DNA from: Candidatus Methylomirabilota bacterium
GTDB lineage: Bacteria; Methylomirabilota; Methylomirabilia; Methylomirabilales; JACPAU01
NCBI GenBank assembly: GCA_022614955.1
Contig: JAKEHP010000027.1
Coordinates: forward strand, 16,555-80,554
Length of the DNA stretch: 64,000 nucleotides
Direction of reading: 5' to 3'
The notes beneath the pieces were generated by a model. That model worked only from the letters and a program-made list of their open reading frames with translations. It was not told the origin of the DNA and ran no database searches. Positions within the stretch are counted from its first letter, which is position 1. Each line of letters begins with the position of its first letter. The position numbers and the translations under genes were made by a program. Below, in pieces: positions 17,045 through 25,659 of the stretch.

Positions 17045-18526
17045 ATGTCCATGACCATTCAAGTCATCGTCGGTCTGCTGTACCTGGTCGCTCTGGTCGG
17101 GCTGTTCCTGTACGGGATGAACGCCTACGTCATGCTGGCGGTTCACTGGTGGAATCGTCGCCGGGCCCAGGCGGCGCGGCCACCAGGACCTCCGACGGTC
17201 TGGCCGGCCGTCACGGTCCAGCTCCCGCTCTACAACGAGCGGTACGTGGCGCGACGCCTGCTCGAGGCGGCGGGCGGGCTCGACTACCCGGCCGACCGGC
17301 TCGAGATCCAGGTGCTGGACGACTCCACCGATGAGACCACGGACGTCCTTGCCGAAACCGTGACACGGCTCCGGGACCAGGGACTCACCGTCACGCATCT
17401 CCGCAGGGGAGAGCGGACCGGCTTCAAGGCCGGCGCGCTGGCGGCCGGCCTCCGGGAGGCGCGCGGCGATTTCGTGGCTGTCTTCGATGCCGACTTTGTC
17501 CCGCCGCCGGACTTTCTCCGGAGGAGCATCCCGCACTTCGCCGAGCCGAAGGTGGCCGTGGTCCAGGCCCGTTGGGGCCATCTGAACCGCGACTATTCCC
17601 TCGTCACTGTGGCCCAGTCCCTCGGGATCGACGGCCACTTCGGCGTGGAGCAGTCGGCGCGCTGCTGGGGGAACCTGCTCCTGAACTTTAACGGGACGGC
17701 CGGCGTGTGGCGCACGACGGCCATCGAGGACGCGGGCGGGTGGGCGCACGACACGCTGACCGAGGATCTCGACCTGAGCTACCGGGCCCAGCTTCGCGGC
17801 TGGCGCATCCTCTACCTCCCCGAGCTGGTCTGCCCGGCTGAGCTGCCGGTGCTGATCACGGGATTCAAGTCGCAGCAGCGCCGCTGGGCCAAGGGCTCCA
17901 TCCAGACCGCGCTGAAGCTCCTGCCCAGTGTCCTGCGGGCTCCCCTATCCGCCTGGACCAAGTACCAGGCGTTCATCCACCTGACCTATTACATGATCCA
18001 CCCGTTGATGCTGGCCACCGTGCTCCTGTCCGTCCCCCTGCTCGTCCTCCGGGATCTCACCCCCTCGACGGCGACCCTGGTCGCGGTGAGTCTGGGGATC
18101 GGCCTGGCCACCTTCGGGCCGGGGACCATGCTGGTGTATGCGCAGCGCGTTCTGGAGCCGGCGTGGTGGCAGCGGGTCTGGCGGTTGCCGACGATCATGG
18201 TCATCGGGGTCGGCGTGGCCTGGAGTACGAGCCTGGCCGTTCTGGGCGCCTTCTGGAGCAAGGACCGGGAGTTCATCCGCACGCCGAAGTTTGCCATCGG
18301 GCCCGGAGGCGGCACGTGGCGGGGGAAGGCGTACGGGGATCGCCGTCCTTGGGGCGGCGTGATGGAGATCGGGCTGGGCCTCTACTGTGCCTGGACCACC
18401 TGGCTCTTCTGGCACCATGGACAGTACGGCGTCCTGCCCTTCTTGACCCTCTACACTGCGGGCTTCCTCACGGTGGGCACCCTGACTATCTTCCAGGCGG
18501 CGGCTCGGGGCAGCCGACCCGCTTAG
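17045..18526 (+). CDS. processive family-2 glycosyltransferase (CslA/cellulose-synthase-like)
   Basis: Has DDSTD, FDADF, TEDLDLS and QQRRWAKG (QxxRW) motifs, with flanking TM helices. Confidence 0.9.
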   Translation: MSMTIQVIVGLLYLVALVGLFLYGMNAYVMLAVHWWNRRRAQAARPPGPPTVWPAVTVQLPLYNERYVARRLLEAAGGLDYPADRLEIQVLDDSTDETTDVLAETVTRLRDQGLTVTHLRRGERTGFKAGALAAGLREARGDFVAVFDADFVPPPDFLRRSIPHFAEPKVAVVQARWGHLNRDYSLVTVAQSLGIDGHFGVEQSARCWGNLLLNFNGTAGVWRTTAIEDAGGWAHDTLTEDLDLSYRAQLRGWRILYLPELVCPAELPVLITGFKSQQRRWAKGSIQTALKLLPSVLRAPLSAWTKYQAFIHLTYYMIHPLMLATVLLSVPLLVLRDLTPSTATLVAVSLGIGLATFGPGTMLVYAQRVLEPAWWQRVWRLPTIMVIGVGVAWSTSLAVLGAFWSKDREFIRTPKFAIGPGGGTWRGKAYGDRRPWGGVMEIGLGLYCAWTTWLFWHHGQYGVLPFLTLYTAGFLTVGTLTIFQAAARGSRPA

Positions 18527-18586
18527 GCGCACGAGCGTCATGCGCGTGCTTGGACCTGCCCGGCGCAGCCGGAAAGGAGCAGAGGA

Positions 18587-20209
18587 GTGATGACACGGTG
18601 GACCAAGGTAGGGACGGCCCTGGGTCTGGTCGGAATCCTCGGAGCAGGCGCGGCGCTGGCAGTCCGGGCGCAGAGCGCATCGGTCCCCCCGGCTGCGACG
18701 GTGCCCCTCGCCCAGAGCCACTGGCCAAAGTACCGCCACGACCTCTGGAACACCGGCCGGAGCGCCGTGAGCGGGCCTAAGACCAACGCGCTAAAGTGGA
18801 CCTTCTCCACGGGCCGCGCGGAGAAAGACGGCGGCATCGAGACCGACCCGGTCATCGGCCCCGACGGGACGGTGTACCTCGGGGCTAACAACGGCATCCT
18901 GTACGGGCTGGACCCCGAGACCGGGGATGTCCGGTGGGCCTTCCCGAGCGGCTTCGACACGTTCGGCATCTACTCCACGCCGGCCATCCTGAAGGACGGG
19001 ACGGTCGTCTTCGGTGCCAAGGACGGGAAGGTGTACGGGGTCCGGCCCCCCACAGCCGGCCTGCTGGGGGATCTCCGCTGGAGCGTAGATCTCAAGACCA
19101 CCATCCAGACCTCCCCGGGGATCGGTCCGGATGGGACGGTCTACGTCGGCGCCGACGACTGGAAACTCTACGCCATCGCCCCACCCCAGGGCCAGGTCCC
19201 GGCCCGGATCAAGTGGAGCTTCCAGACACAGGGGGACATGATCTCCTCGCCGGCCGTCGGCCCGGACGGCACGATCTACGTCGGCTCGATGGACGGCAAA
19301 GTGTATGCCCTGCAGGAGCCGGCCTCCGGTCAGCGCGAGCCCAAGGTCCGCTGGACATTTGCCAGCGGGAGCACGGGGAAGACCGGGGGGTTCGAAAACG
19401 CCCCGTCCCTGGACGAGACCGGGCGCCTGGTGATCGGCGGCAACGACGGGCTGGTCTATGCCTTGAACGCTGCCACGGGGGAAAAACTGTGGACCTTCAA
19501 GAGCCAGTTCACGGAGTACGCCATCTTCTCGTCCGCCGCGATCGGGACGGACGGTACCGTCTACATCGGGCCGAAGGATGGTTTCCTCTACGCGCTGCGG
19601 GAGTCCCGGGGCATCTTCGGCACGAGCGGGAAAGCCGGCTGGAAGTACAGGATCGGGACGACCATCGAGACGTCCCCGGCTCTGGCGCCGGACGGCACGG
19701 TCTATCTGGGGGCCGACAATGGGAAGCTCTACGCCATCGCTCCTCCCGCGTCCGGAGAGGCCGGCCGGCTGCTCTGGGAGTTCCAGACGAAGGGGACCCT
19801 GATCTCCTCGCCGGTGATCGGCTCGGACGGCTCGCTCTACAGCGGCTCCATGGATGGGAAGGTTTACGCCTTCCACGACAAGAAGCGGGGGCAATCGTCG
19901 CAGGGCCCACTGGCTGGGACCTGGTACGGCAGCGTGAGGCTGGGCGGCCAGGAGCAGAAGCTGACGCTGGTGCTGGCCCAGCGCCAGAGCCAGGTGGATG
20001 GCGTCCTGCGCCTCCAGTCCACCCTGGCCGGTGGCCTGCGCGGAACCCTCCAGGGGGAGCAGCTCAGCTACACGGCGTCACTGCTGGGAGACTGCCGGGC
20101 CGAGCACCAGGGGGAAGCCTCGGCAAAGGCGCAGGAGATCCGCGGCACCTTCCAGGTGAAGGATTGCCAGGGGCGGAGCATCCAGGGGACGTTCCGGGCC
20201 ACGCGATAG
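18587..20209 (+). CDS. secreted PQQ-like (BamB-type) beta-propeller repeat protein
   Basis: Signal peptide, then about 8 repeats of the GPDGTVYVG..DGKLYA type, plus a C-terminal ~110-aa extra domain. Confidence 0.8.
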   Translation: MMTRWTKVGTALGLVGILGAGAALAVRAQSASVPPAATVPLAQSHWPKYRHDLWNTGRSAVSGPKTNALKWTFSTGRAEKDGGIETDPVIGPDGTVYLGANNGILYGLDPETGDVRWAFPSGFDTFGIYSTPAILKDGTVVFGAKDGKVYGVRPPTAGLLGDLRWSVDLKTTIQTSPGIGPDGTVYVGADDWKLYAIAPPQGQVPARIKWSFQTQGDMISSPAVGPDGTIYVGSMDGKVYALQEPASGQREPKVRWTFASGSTGKTGGFENAPSLDETGRLVIGGNDGLVYALNAATGEKLWTFKSQFTEYAIFSSAAIGTDGTVYIGPKDGFLYALRESRGIFGTSGKAGWKYRIGTTIETSPALAPDGTVYLGADNGKLYAIAPPASGEAGRLLWEFQTKGTLISSPVIGSDGSLYSGSMDGKVYAFHDKKRGQSSQGPLAGTWYGSVRLGGQEQKLTLVLAQRQSQVDGVLRLQSTLAGGLRGTLQGEQLSYTASLLGDCRAEHQGEASAKAQEIRGTFQVKDCQGRSIQGTFRATR

Positions 20210-21231
20210 GAGAGCATTCCAGCGGGAAGAGCCTTCGCTACCCGTCAAACCCGGCGAGCAGCGCCAGGAGGAGGACCCCCGGGAGAGGCCCCCGGTACCT
20301 GCTGGCCCTGGTCCTTGCCCTTGGCGGATGCCTGGGGAGCCGAGAGATTCCCAGGGTGGCAACGGTCCCCGTCGGGCAGTGGCCCGAGGATGTGGCCTTC
20401 GATCCCGGATCGGATCAACTCTTTGTCGCCGATGAGGGGAGCGCGACGGTCACTGTTTTGAGATCGAACGGGCAGCCGGTCAGCACGATCCGACTTGCGA
20501 CGAGGGCCCGGCATCTGGCCGTGGATCCGGGACTCAGCCATCTCTATGCGCCGAATGAGGGGAGTGCCTTCGTCGCCGCCTTCAACACCCGGGATCTCAC
20601 GGAGCGCTTCCGGGTTCCCGTGGGGCGGCAGCCCCATGGGATCGCGGTGGATGGCTCCTCGCATCGCGTCTTCATCGGCAATGAGGGGGAGGGCTCCCTC
20701 ACCGCCTTTGAAGGCCGGACGGGCCAGGTCCTCTTTACGGTCCCGGTGGGAGAGGGTCCCGGCGGGGTTGCCGTGGATCCTGCGACGGGGCGAGTGTTCG
20801 TGGTGAGCGTAAAAGAAGACCGCGTGATCGTGGTGGATGGAAGAACGGGGCTCGGTCTTGCTAAGATCCCGGTCGGGCGAGGCCCCACGCACCTGCGGGT
20901 CAATGGGGAGACGGGGGTCGTCTATGTTTTGAACACCGAGGCCGGCAGTGTGAGCGTTCTGGATGGCCGCCGGGCGCGTCCCCTCGTCACGCTCCCCGTC
21001 GGGAGCTACCCCATCGGCATTGCGCTGGATGAGCGAGCAGGTCGGGCCTACGTGGTGAACAACCGGGGCAACACCCTCTCCATCGTCGAGGAGGCCACTC
21101 TGACGGTCGTGGCGACACGGCGGATTCCTCGGAACGTCTCCAGCGTGGCGCTGAACCCCCGCGCCGGACTGCTCTATCTCGCCCTGAAGAGCGATGATCG
21201 AGCCGTCCTGGTCCGGATGCGTGACCTCTGA
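20164..21231 (+). CDS. YVTN-type beta-propeller repeat lipoprotein (start uncertain)
   Basis: Lipobox LALVLALGGC followed by repeated P.GIAVDP..GRVYV.N...SVSVID-type blades. No ATG/GTG between the upstream stop and the lipobox; TTG 20164 is the only candidate. Confidence 0.65.
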   Translation: MPGAEHPGDVPGHAIGEHSSGKSLRYPSNPASSARRRTPGRGPRYLLALVLALGGCLGSREIPRVATVPVGQWPEDVAFDPGSDQLFVADEGSATVTVLRSNGQPVSTIRLATRARHLAVDPGLSHLYAPNEGSAFVAAFNTRDLTERFRVPVGRQPHGIAVDGSSHRVFIGNEGEGSLTAFEGRTGQVLFTVPVGEGPGGVAVDPATGRVFVVSVKEDRVIVVDGRTGLGLAKIPVGRGPTHLRVNGETGVVYVLNTEAGSVSVLDGRRARPLVTLPVGSYPIGIALDERAGRAYVVNNRGNTLSIVEEATLTVVATRRIPRNVSSVALNPRAGLLYLALKSDDRAVLVRMRDL

Positions 21232-21914
21232 TGGGAAGCCGCGAGGTTGCGCCCGTCGCGGTCTCGATCATGGCCAAGGCGCCCCGCGCGGGCGAGGTCA
21301 AGACCAGACTCTGTCCTCCCCTCTCCGCCACGGAGGCGGCCGAGCTGTACCGCTGCTTTTTGCTCGACAAGATCGAGCAGGTGCGGGCGCTCGAAGCGGC
21401 AAGCCCGGCCATCGCCTACGCGCCGGACGAGGGACGAATCCTGTTCGAAGAGCTGGCACCGGGCTTCGCCCTTGTCCCTCAGCGGGGGGCCGATCTAGGG
21501 AGCAGGCTGGCAGACAGCTTCGATCAGTTCTTTGCGAAAGGCTATGCGGGGGCGTTGGCCATTGATAGCGACACACCCACGCTGCCCAGGGATTTTTTGC
21601 AGCGGGCCCTCGACCTCATTGCGGCGCCGCACATTGATGTGGTGTTGGGGCCGACCGAGGACGGTGGCTACTACCTGATCGGGCTGCGGAAGCTTTACCG
21701 GGAGTTGTTCGAGGGGATTGCGTGGAGTACTTCCAAGGTCTTTCCGGAGACCGTCCGGCGGGCTGAGGCGAAGGGGCTGAGGATCGCATGTCTTCCCCCC
21801 TGGTTCGACGTTGACACCCCCGACGATCTGGACCGCCTGAAGGCCTCGCTGGCGGGGATCGAGGGGGGAGGACCCCGGCATACGCGGCGATTTTTCAGGG
21901 AGCGTGCGCGGTGA
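21231..21914 (+). CDS. DUF2064 / CofC-like nucleotidyltransferase-fold protein (resembles TIGR04282-type transferase)
   Basis: MAKAPRAGEVKTRLCPPLS...ALAIDSDTPTL...GPTEDGGYYLIG are DUF2064 hallmarks. Confidence 0.8.
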   Translation: MGSREVAPVAVSIMAKAPRAGEVKTRLCPPLSATEAAELYRCFLLDKIEQVRALEAASPAIAYAPDEGRILFEELAPGFALVPQRGADLGSRLADSFDQFFAKGYAGALAIDSDTPTLPRDFLQRALDLIAAPHIDVVLGPTEDGGYYLIGLRKLYRELFEGIAWSTSKVFPETVRRAEAKGLRIACLPPWFDVDTPDDLDRLKASLAGIEGGGPRHTRRFFRERAR

Positions 21915-22474
21915 AGAAGCTCTCGGAGATTCCCTGGAAGACCCTGTCCACGAAGTCCATGTACGCCAACCGATGGCTCTCCCTCCGGGAGGACCTGGTG
22001 GAGCTGCCTGACGGGCGCACCACCATCTATGGCGTGGTCACCTGCGGGCAGTGCGTGGGCATTCTTCCTTTCCTCGATCCCGACACGGTCCTTCTGATCC
22101 AGCAATACCGGTACGTGGCCCACCGCATGACGTGGGAGATGCCCACGGGTGGGGTGCATGCCGGGGAGTCAATCGAGGAGGCGGCCCAACGGGAGCTCGC
22201 TGAGGAAATTGGCTATCGGGCTTGCCGACTCACCCACGCGAGCACCTACCACACCAGCAAGAGCGTCGTGGACGAAACGGCCCACCTGTTTCTGGGGGAG
22301 GCAATGGTCAAGCTGGAACTTCCGCCCGATGAGACGGAGTTCATCGAAGTCCGCCCCTTCCCCTTTCACGAAGTCCTTCAGATGGTCCTCTCGGGCGAAA
22401 TCGTGGACAGCATGACGATCATCGCCGTCCTTCACGCCGCCCGCCGAGCGCGTGGAGGAGCGGGGGACACCTGA
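21911..22474 (+). CDS. NUDIX hydrolase (ADP-ribose pyrophosphatase-like)
   Basis: Nudix box GGVHAGESIEEAAQRELAEEIGY. GTGA overlap with the upstream gene. Confidence 0.85.
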   Translation: MKKLSEIPWKTLSTKSMYANRWLSLREDLVELPDGRTTIYGVVTCGQCVGILPFLDPDTVLLIQQYRYVAHRMTWEMPTGGVHAGESIEEAAQRELAEEIGYRACRLTHASTYHTSKSVVDETAHLFLGEAMVKLELPPDETEFIEVRPFPFHEVLQMVLSGEIVDSMTIIAVLHAARRARGGAGDT

Positions 22475-22787
22475 ACGGGGAGGCTTTGCCGTCCGCCTCT
22501 CCGCGAGGGCGGGCCCGAATCTTCAGAAGCTCCCCGCGCATCTGACGAGCACCTGGAAAGGGGAGGGTGGTGGTACTCCGTGGGGGTTGCGAGGTGGCGA
22601 GACCCCGAGCAGGAGGCGACTGCGATGGAACGGATCAGTGCGATCGAACGGCCAGGATTCGCGATGCGCTCGGAGCCTTGCTGATTTTCCCCCGGCCCTC
22701 TCCGGTAACCGTTCACAGAACCGGACTGGCAAGCACTCCAGCAGGGAGATCCCGTCGTCAAGACCCGTTCGGTGGTACCCCTGGCCT

Positions 22788-23034
22788 GAAGTCAGAGTGT
22801 ACCGACGGATCGCTGCCTCCCCTGAAGAGGTGATGGCCGCCTATGCCGACTTCGAAAGCCAGGCTGGTTATCTCCCCAACCTGGTTGAAAGTCGCATCGT
22901 GAGGCCCCACGCGCAGGCAAATCCAAGAAACGGTTCAGGCCTTGGCAGCCCGTGTGGAGCGGCTCCGGACCGCGCAGCAGGAAAAGCTCAAGACGCTGAC
23001 CGACACCTTGCAGTTCATGCTTGACGAACCCTAG
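22788..23034 (+). pseudogene. remnant of an SRPBCC (cyclase/dehydrase-like) gene
   Basis: About 43 codons read EVRVYRRIAASPEEVMAAYADFESQAGYLPNLVESRIVR. The frame then degenerates. A different frame carries a helical tail to TAG 23032-23034. No start codon. Confidence 0.3.
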
Positions 23035-23090
23035 GACCTCGGGAGGCTTGACGACCCACCCGCCCCCTTCGTATCAATCGGGGTGTCGCG

Positions 23091-23942
23091 TTGCAGAAAA
23101 AGAAGGCCCCACCATCCTCAACACTGAGCTCACTCGTGTCCACTCCGATCTCGATTGCCTTTGCGAGAGGTGCCGCTGCGTATAAGGCGTACCTCGAAAG
23201 CCCTCATGGGCGCCTCCGGCTGGAGCTGATCTGGCATCAACTGTCGGGCTTCATGGGGAAGGCATGGGGAGCGGACCGGCGCCCGCTGCAGGTTCTCGAC
23301 ATCGGCTGCGGGACCGGAGAACTCTCCCTCCGGCTCGCTGCGCGGGGTCACGCGGTGGTCCTCCTCGATCCGGTGGAGGAGATGCTTCGCCTGGCCGAGG
23401 AGACCGCCCGGGCTCTGGAGTCTCCTCCGGTGATTCCACCGCGCTTCGTGCACGGATCGCTGGAGGTGGCGCCCGCTCTCTTCGGGAAAAGCACCTTCGA
23501 CCTCGTGCTCTGCCACACCCTTCTGGAATACCTCCCGGACCCCCGCAGTGTGCTGGCTCTCCTCCGAACCTTGCTGACCCCAGGAGGATTCCTCTCCCTC
23601 GTTGCCTTGAACCGCGGGCAGGAGCCTCTCCGCCTGGCCATCCGGGATGGCAAATTCGAAGAGGCGAGGAGGGCCCTCGCCGGGGACGTGCCGATGGATT
23701 CCCTCTTTGGTCTTCCGCGAAATGGGATGCTGAAGGACCAACTGCAAGCGCAACTGGAGGCGGCTGGGATCAACAGCGTCGCCCACGCGGGGATCTTCGT
23801 GTTCGCCGACTATCTCCCGGCGGGGAGGCTGGAGGATCCCGCCTCCTTTGCTCCTCTCCTCCGCCTGGAACTGGAAGCCGGAGGCCTCTCGCCCCTCCGA
23901 GAGATCGCTCGCTATCTTCACCTGTGGGGAAGGCGGGCATGA
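23091..23942 (+). CDS. class I SAM-dependent methyltransferase (SmtA/CmoM-like)
   Basis: Motif I VLDIGCGTGELSL, post-I LLDPVEEML, and LTPGGFLSLV. TTG start as in the track; start uncertain. Confidence 0.85.
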   Translation: MQKKKAPPSSTLSSLVSTPISIAFARGAAAYKAYLESPHGRLRLELIWHQLSGFMGKAWGADRRPLQVLDIGCGTGELSLRLAARGHAVVLLDPVEEMLRLAEETARALESPPVIPPRFVHGSLEVAPALFGKSTFDLVLCHTLLEYLPDPRSVLALLRTLLTPGGFLSLVALNRGQEPLRLAIRDGKFEEARRALAGDVPMDSLFGLPRNGMLKDQLQAQLEAAGINSVAHAGIFVFADYLPAGRLEDPASFAPLLRLELEAGGLSPLREIARYLHLWGRRA

Positions 23943-23960
23943 TGGCCAGAGGGGAAGCTC

Positions 23961-24641
23961 ATGCGAATCGCGGTCGTTATTCCCGCCTTGGATGAGGAGG
24001 CGGCCATCGGTGAGGTAGTCAGGGGGGTCCCCAGGGACCTGGCGGGGGAGATCATCGTGGTGGATAACGGCAGCATGGATCGCACGGCGGAGGTGGCCCG
24101 CGCTGCCGGCGCCCGGGTGATCCCGGAGCCGATGCGGGGCTACGGGGCGGCCTGTCTGGCCGGAGCGATGGCAGCCCGCGATGCCGACATTCTCGTGTTC
24201 CTGGACGGCGACCGGAGCGATGATCCCGCCGAGATGCCGCTCCTCCTCCGACCGATTCTGAGTGGTCAGGCCGATCTGGTAGTCGGCTCACGCATTGCCG
24301 GCTTCGTTGAAGACGGAGCGTTGACCTCCCACCAGCGGTTCGGCAATCGGCTGGTCACCTGGATGCTTCGGGTGCTCTACGGCCTCACGCTGACCGACAT
24401 CGGACCCTTTCGGGCCATCCCGGCGCGCGTTCTCCGTGATCTCGGGATGGAGCACAAGACCTATGGCTGGCCTGTCGAGATGATCGTCAAGGCGGCCAAG
24501 AAGGGCTACCGGGTTGTGGGGGTCCCTGTGAGTTGTCGCAAGCGGGTCGGGCGTTCGAAGGTGGCGGGAACGCTGAAAGGGAGCCTCCTGGCGGGCTATC
24601 ACTTGCTCTTCACCACGTTGCGGTATGCCTGGAGGAGGTAG
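23961..24641 (+). CDS. family-2 glycosyltransferase (DPM1-like; resembles TIGR04283-type transferase)
   Basis: VVIPALDEE...VVDNGSMDRT...FLDGDRSDDP motifs. C-terminal amphipathic/TM tail. Confidence 0.85.
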   Translation: MRIAVVIPALDEEAAIGEVVRGVPRDLAGEIIVVDNGSMDRTAEVARAAGARVIPEPMRGYGAACLAGAMAARDADILVFLDGDRSDDPAEMPLLLRPILSGQADLVVGSRIAGFVEDGALTSHQRFGNRLVTWMLRVLYGLTLTDIGPFRAIPARVLRDLGMEHKTYGWPVEMIVKAAKKGYRVVGVPVSCRKRVGRSKVAGTLKGSLLAGYHLLFTTLRYAWRR

Positions 24642-24645
24642 CGCG

Positions 24646-25638
24646 ATGGCATTCTCCGTTGGCATCGGCCTCACCAACGAATGCAATCTCCGGTGTCCCC
24701 ATTGCTACCGCCCGGATATGGTGATTGACCGCCTGACCTTCCAGGACGTGAAGCAGGTCTGCGAGAGCATTCCCGTGAGGTCAATGAACCTCGGCGTCGG
24801 GGAGAATGGTCTCCACCCCGAATACCAGGCCATCCTGGCGTACCTCGGCGCCCGGGAAATCAAGACGAGCATCACCTCCAACGGCCTGAGCATTCAGGTG
24901 CTCGCAGACGAGGCGCTCAAACGGTTCCACAGCGTGGAGTTCTCCCTGGATTTCCCCACGGAGCGGGAACATGACGCTTTCCGGGGGCAAGGAAACTGGC
25001 GGGCGGTGATGGCAGCCTTGGAGCGGTGCGCCGCCCTCGGCCTCCGGGTCACGGTGACCTCAGTGATGATGAGCATCAACTCCGACAGGTTGGCGGACCT
25101 CGCCCGGGTGGCTTCCGCGCGCGGCGCCAACCTCCGGGTCAATATCTATCAACCCGCGAAGACCGATCGGTTCACCCTGACGTACGCGCAATTCTGGGAT
25201 GGGTTCAGGCAGCTCTCGGCCTGCACGCGCCTGGTGGCCACCACCGAGCCCGTCCTGGCAGCGGTGCTGGGGCTGGAGGGGTTCGCGGGGCCGGGGTGTG
25301 GCCGCTCCACGGTCCGGGTTGCCCCGGACGGCCGGGTTCTCCCCTGTACCTACTGGCCGAAAAGTCGCCTGACCCTTGCCGACCTCAACGCGCTGGGAGA
25401 GGGGATCCTCCAGACACCGGAATTCCTCGAGGCCAGGCGGGTGCCTGCGGCGTGCGACGGGTGCCCCTGTCGGGGAGGCTGCGCGGGCAGGCGGGCCTTG
25501 GTAGGGAGTCTGGAGGACCCCGATCCGTACTGCCCCTTTGTGAGGAGAGAGAGAATCGTCATGGACTGGGAGCAGGCGATGGGGGAAGACCTCCCGAAGG
25601 TGGGGAGCGCCTGTACCACCGTGGTCTCGGCGAGGTAG
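24646..25638 (+). CDS. radical SAM protein with C-terminal SPASM-like Cys-rich domain
   Basis: CNLRCPHC (Cx3Cx2C) at residues ~12-19. C-terminal CGRS...C...CDGCPCRGGCAG...YCPF. GGAGGAGG RBS. Confidence 0.85.
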   Translation: MAFSVGIGLTNECNLRCPHCYRPDMVIDRLTFQDVKQVCESIPVRSMNLGVGENGLHPEYQAILAYLGAREIKTSITSNGLSIQVLADEALKRFHSVEFSLDFPTEREHDAFRGQGNWRAVMAALERCAALGLRVTVTSVMMSINSDRLADLARVASARGANLRVNIYQPAKTDRFTLTYAQFWDGFRQLSACTRLVATTEPVLAAVLGLEGFAGPGCGRSTVRVAPDGRVLPCTYWPKSRLTLADLNALGEGILQTPEFLEARRVPAACDGCPCRGGCAGRRALVGSLEDPDPYCPFVRRERIVMDWEQAMGEDLPKVGSACTTVVSAR

Positions 25639-25659
25639 GCCTTCGCCCGGAGGAGCGAG

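Noticed and set aside
15887-17749. Very long ORFs (513-749 aa) antisense to annotated genes. This one, plus 26520..28421, 28558..30150, 40318..41859, 50170..52419, 56896..58431 and 61040..62542.
   Set aside because: All are R/P/G/E/H-rich low-complexity translations with no family motifs. Each lies fully opposite a gene with strong conserved motifs. This is the expected stop-codon-poor shadow frame of high-GC DNA.
18934-21231. 765-aa plus-strand ORF spanning the PQQ-propeller gene and the YVTN gene.
   Set aside because: Only the last ~330 codons (YVTN repeats after a lipobox) look like protein. The first two-thirds is an out-of-frame, Arg/Gly/Pro-rich overlap of the well-supported 18587..20209 gene.
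23940-23963. Methyltransferase and GT2 are in the same frame, separated by TGA 23940-23942; possible read-through or Sec fusion.
   Set aside because: The UGA is at the natural C-terminus of the methyltransferase, not at a Cys position. An RBS (AGGGGAAG) and ATG follow directly. No hairpin is present. Ordinary stop and restart.
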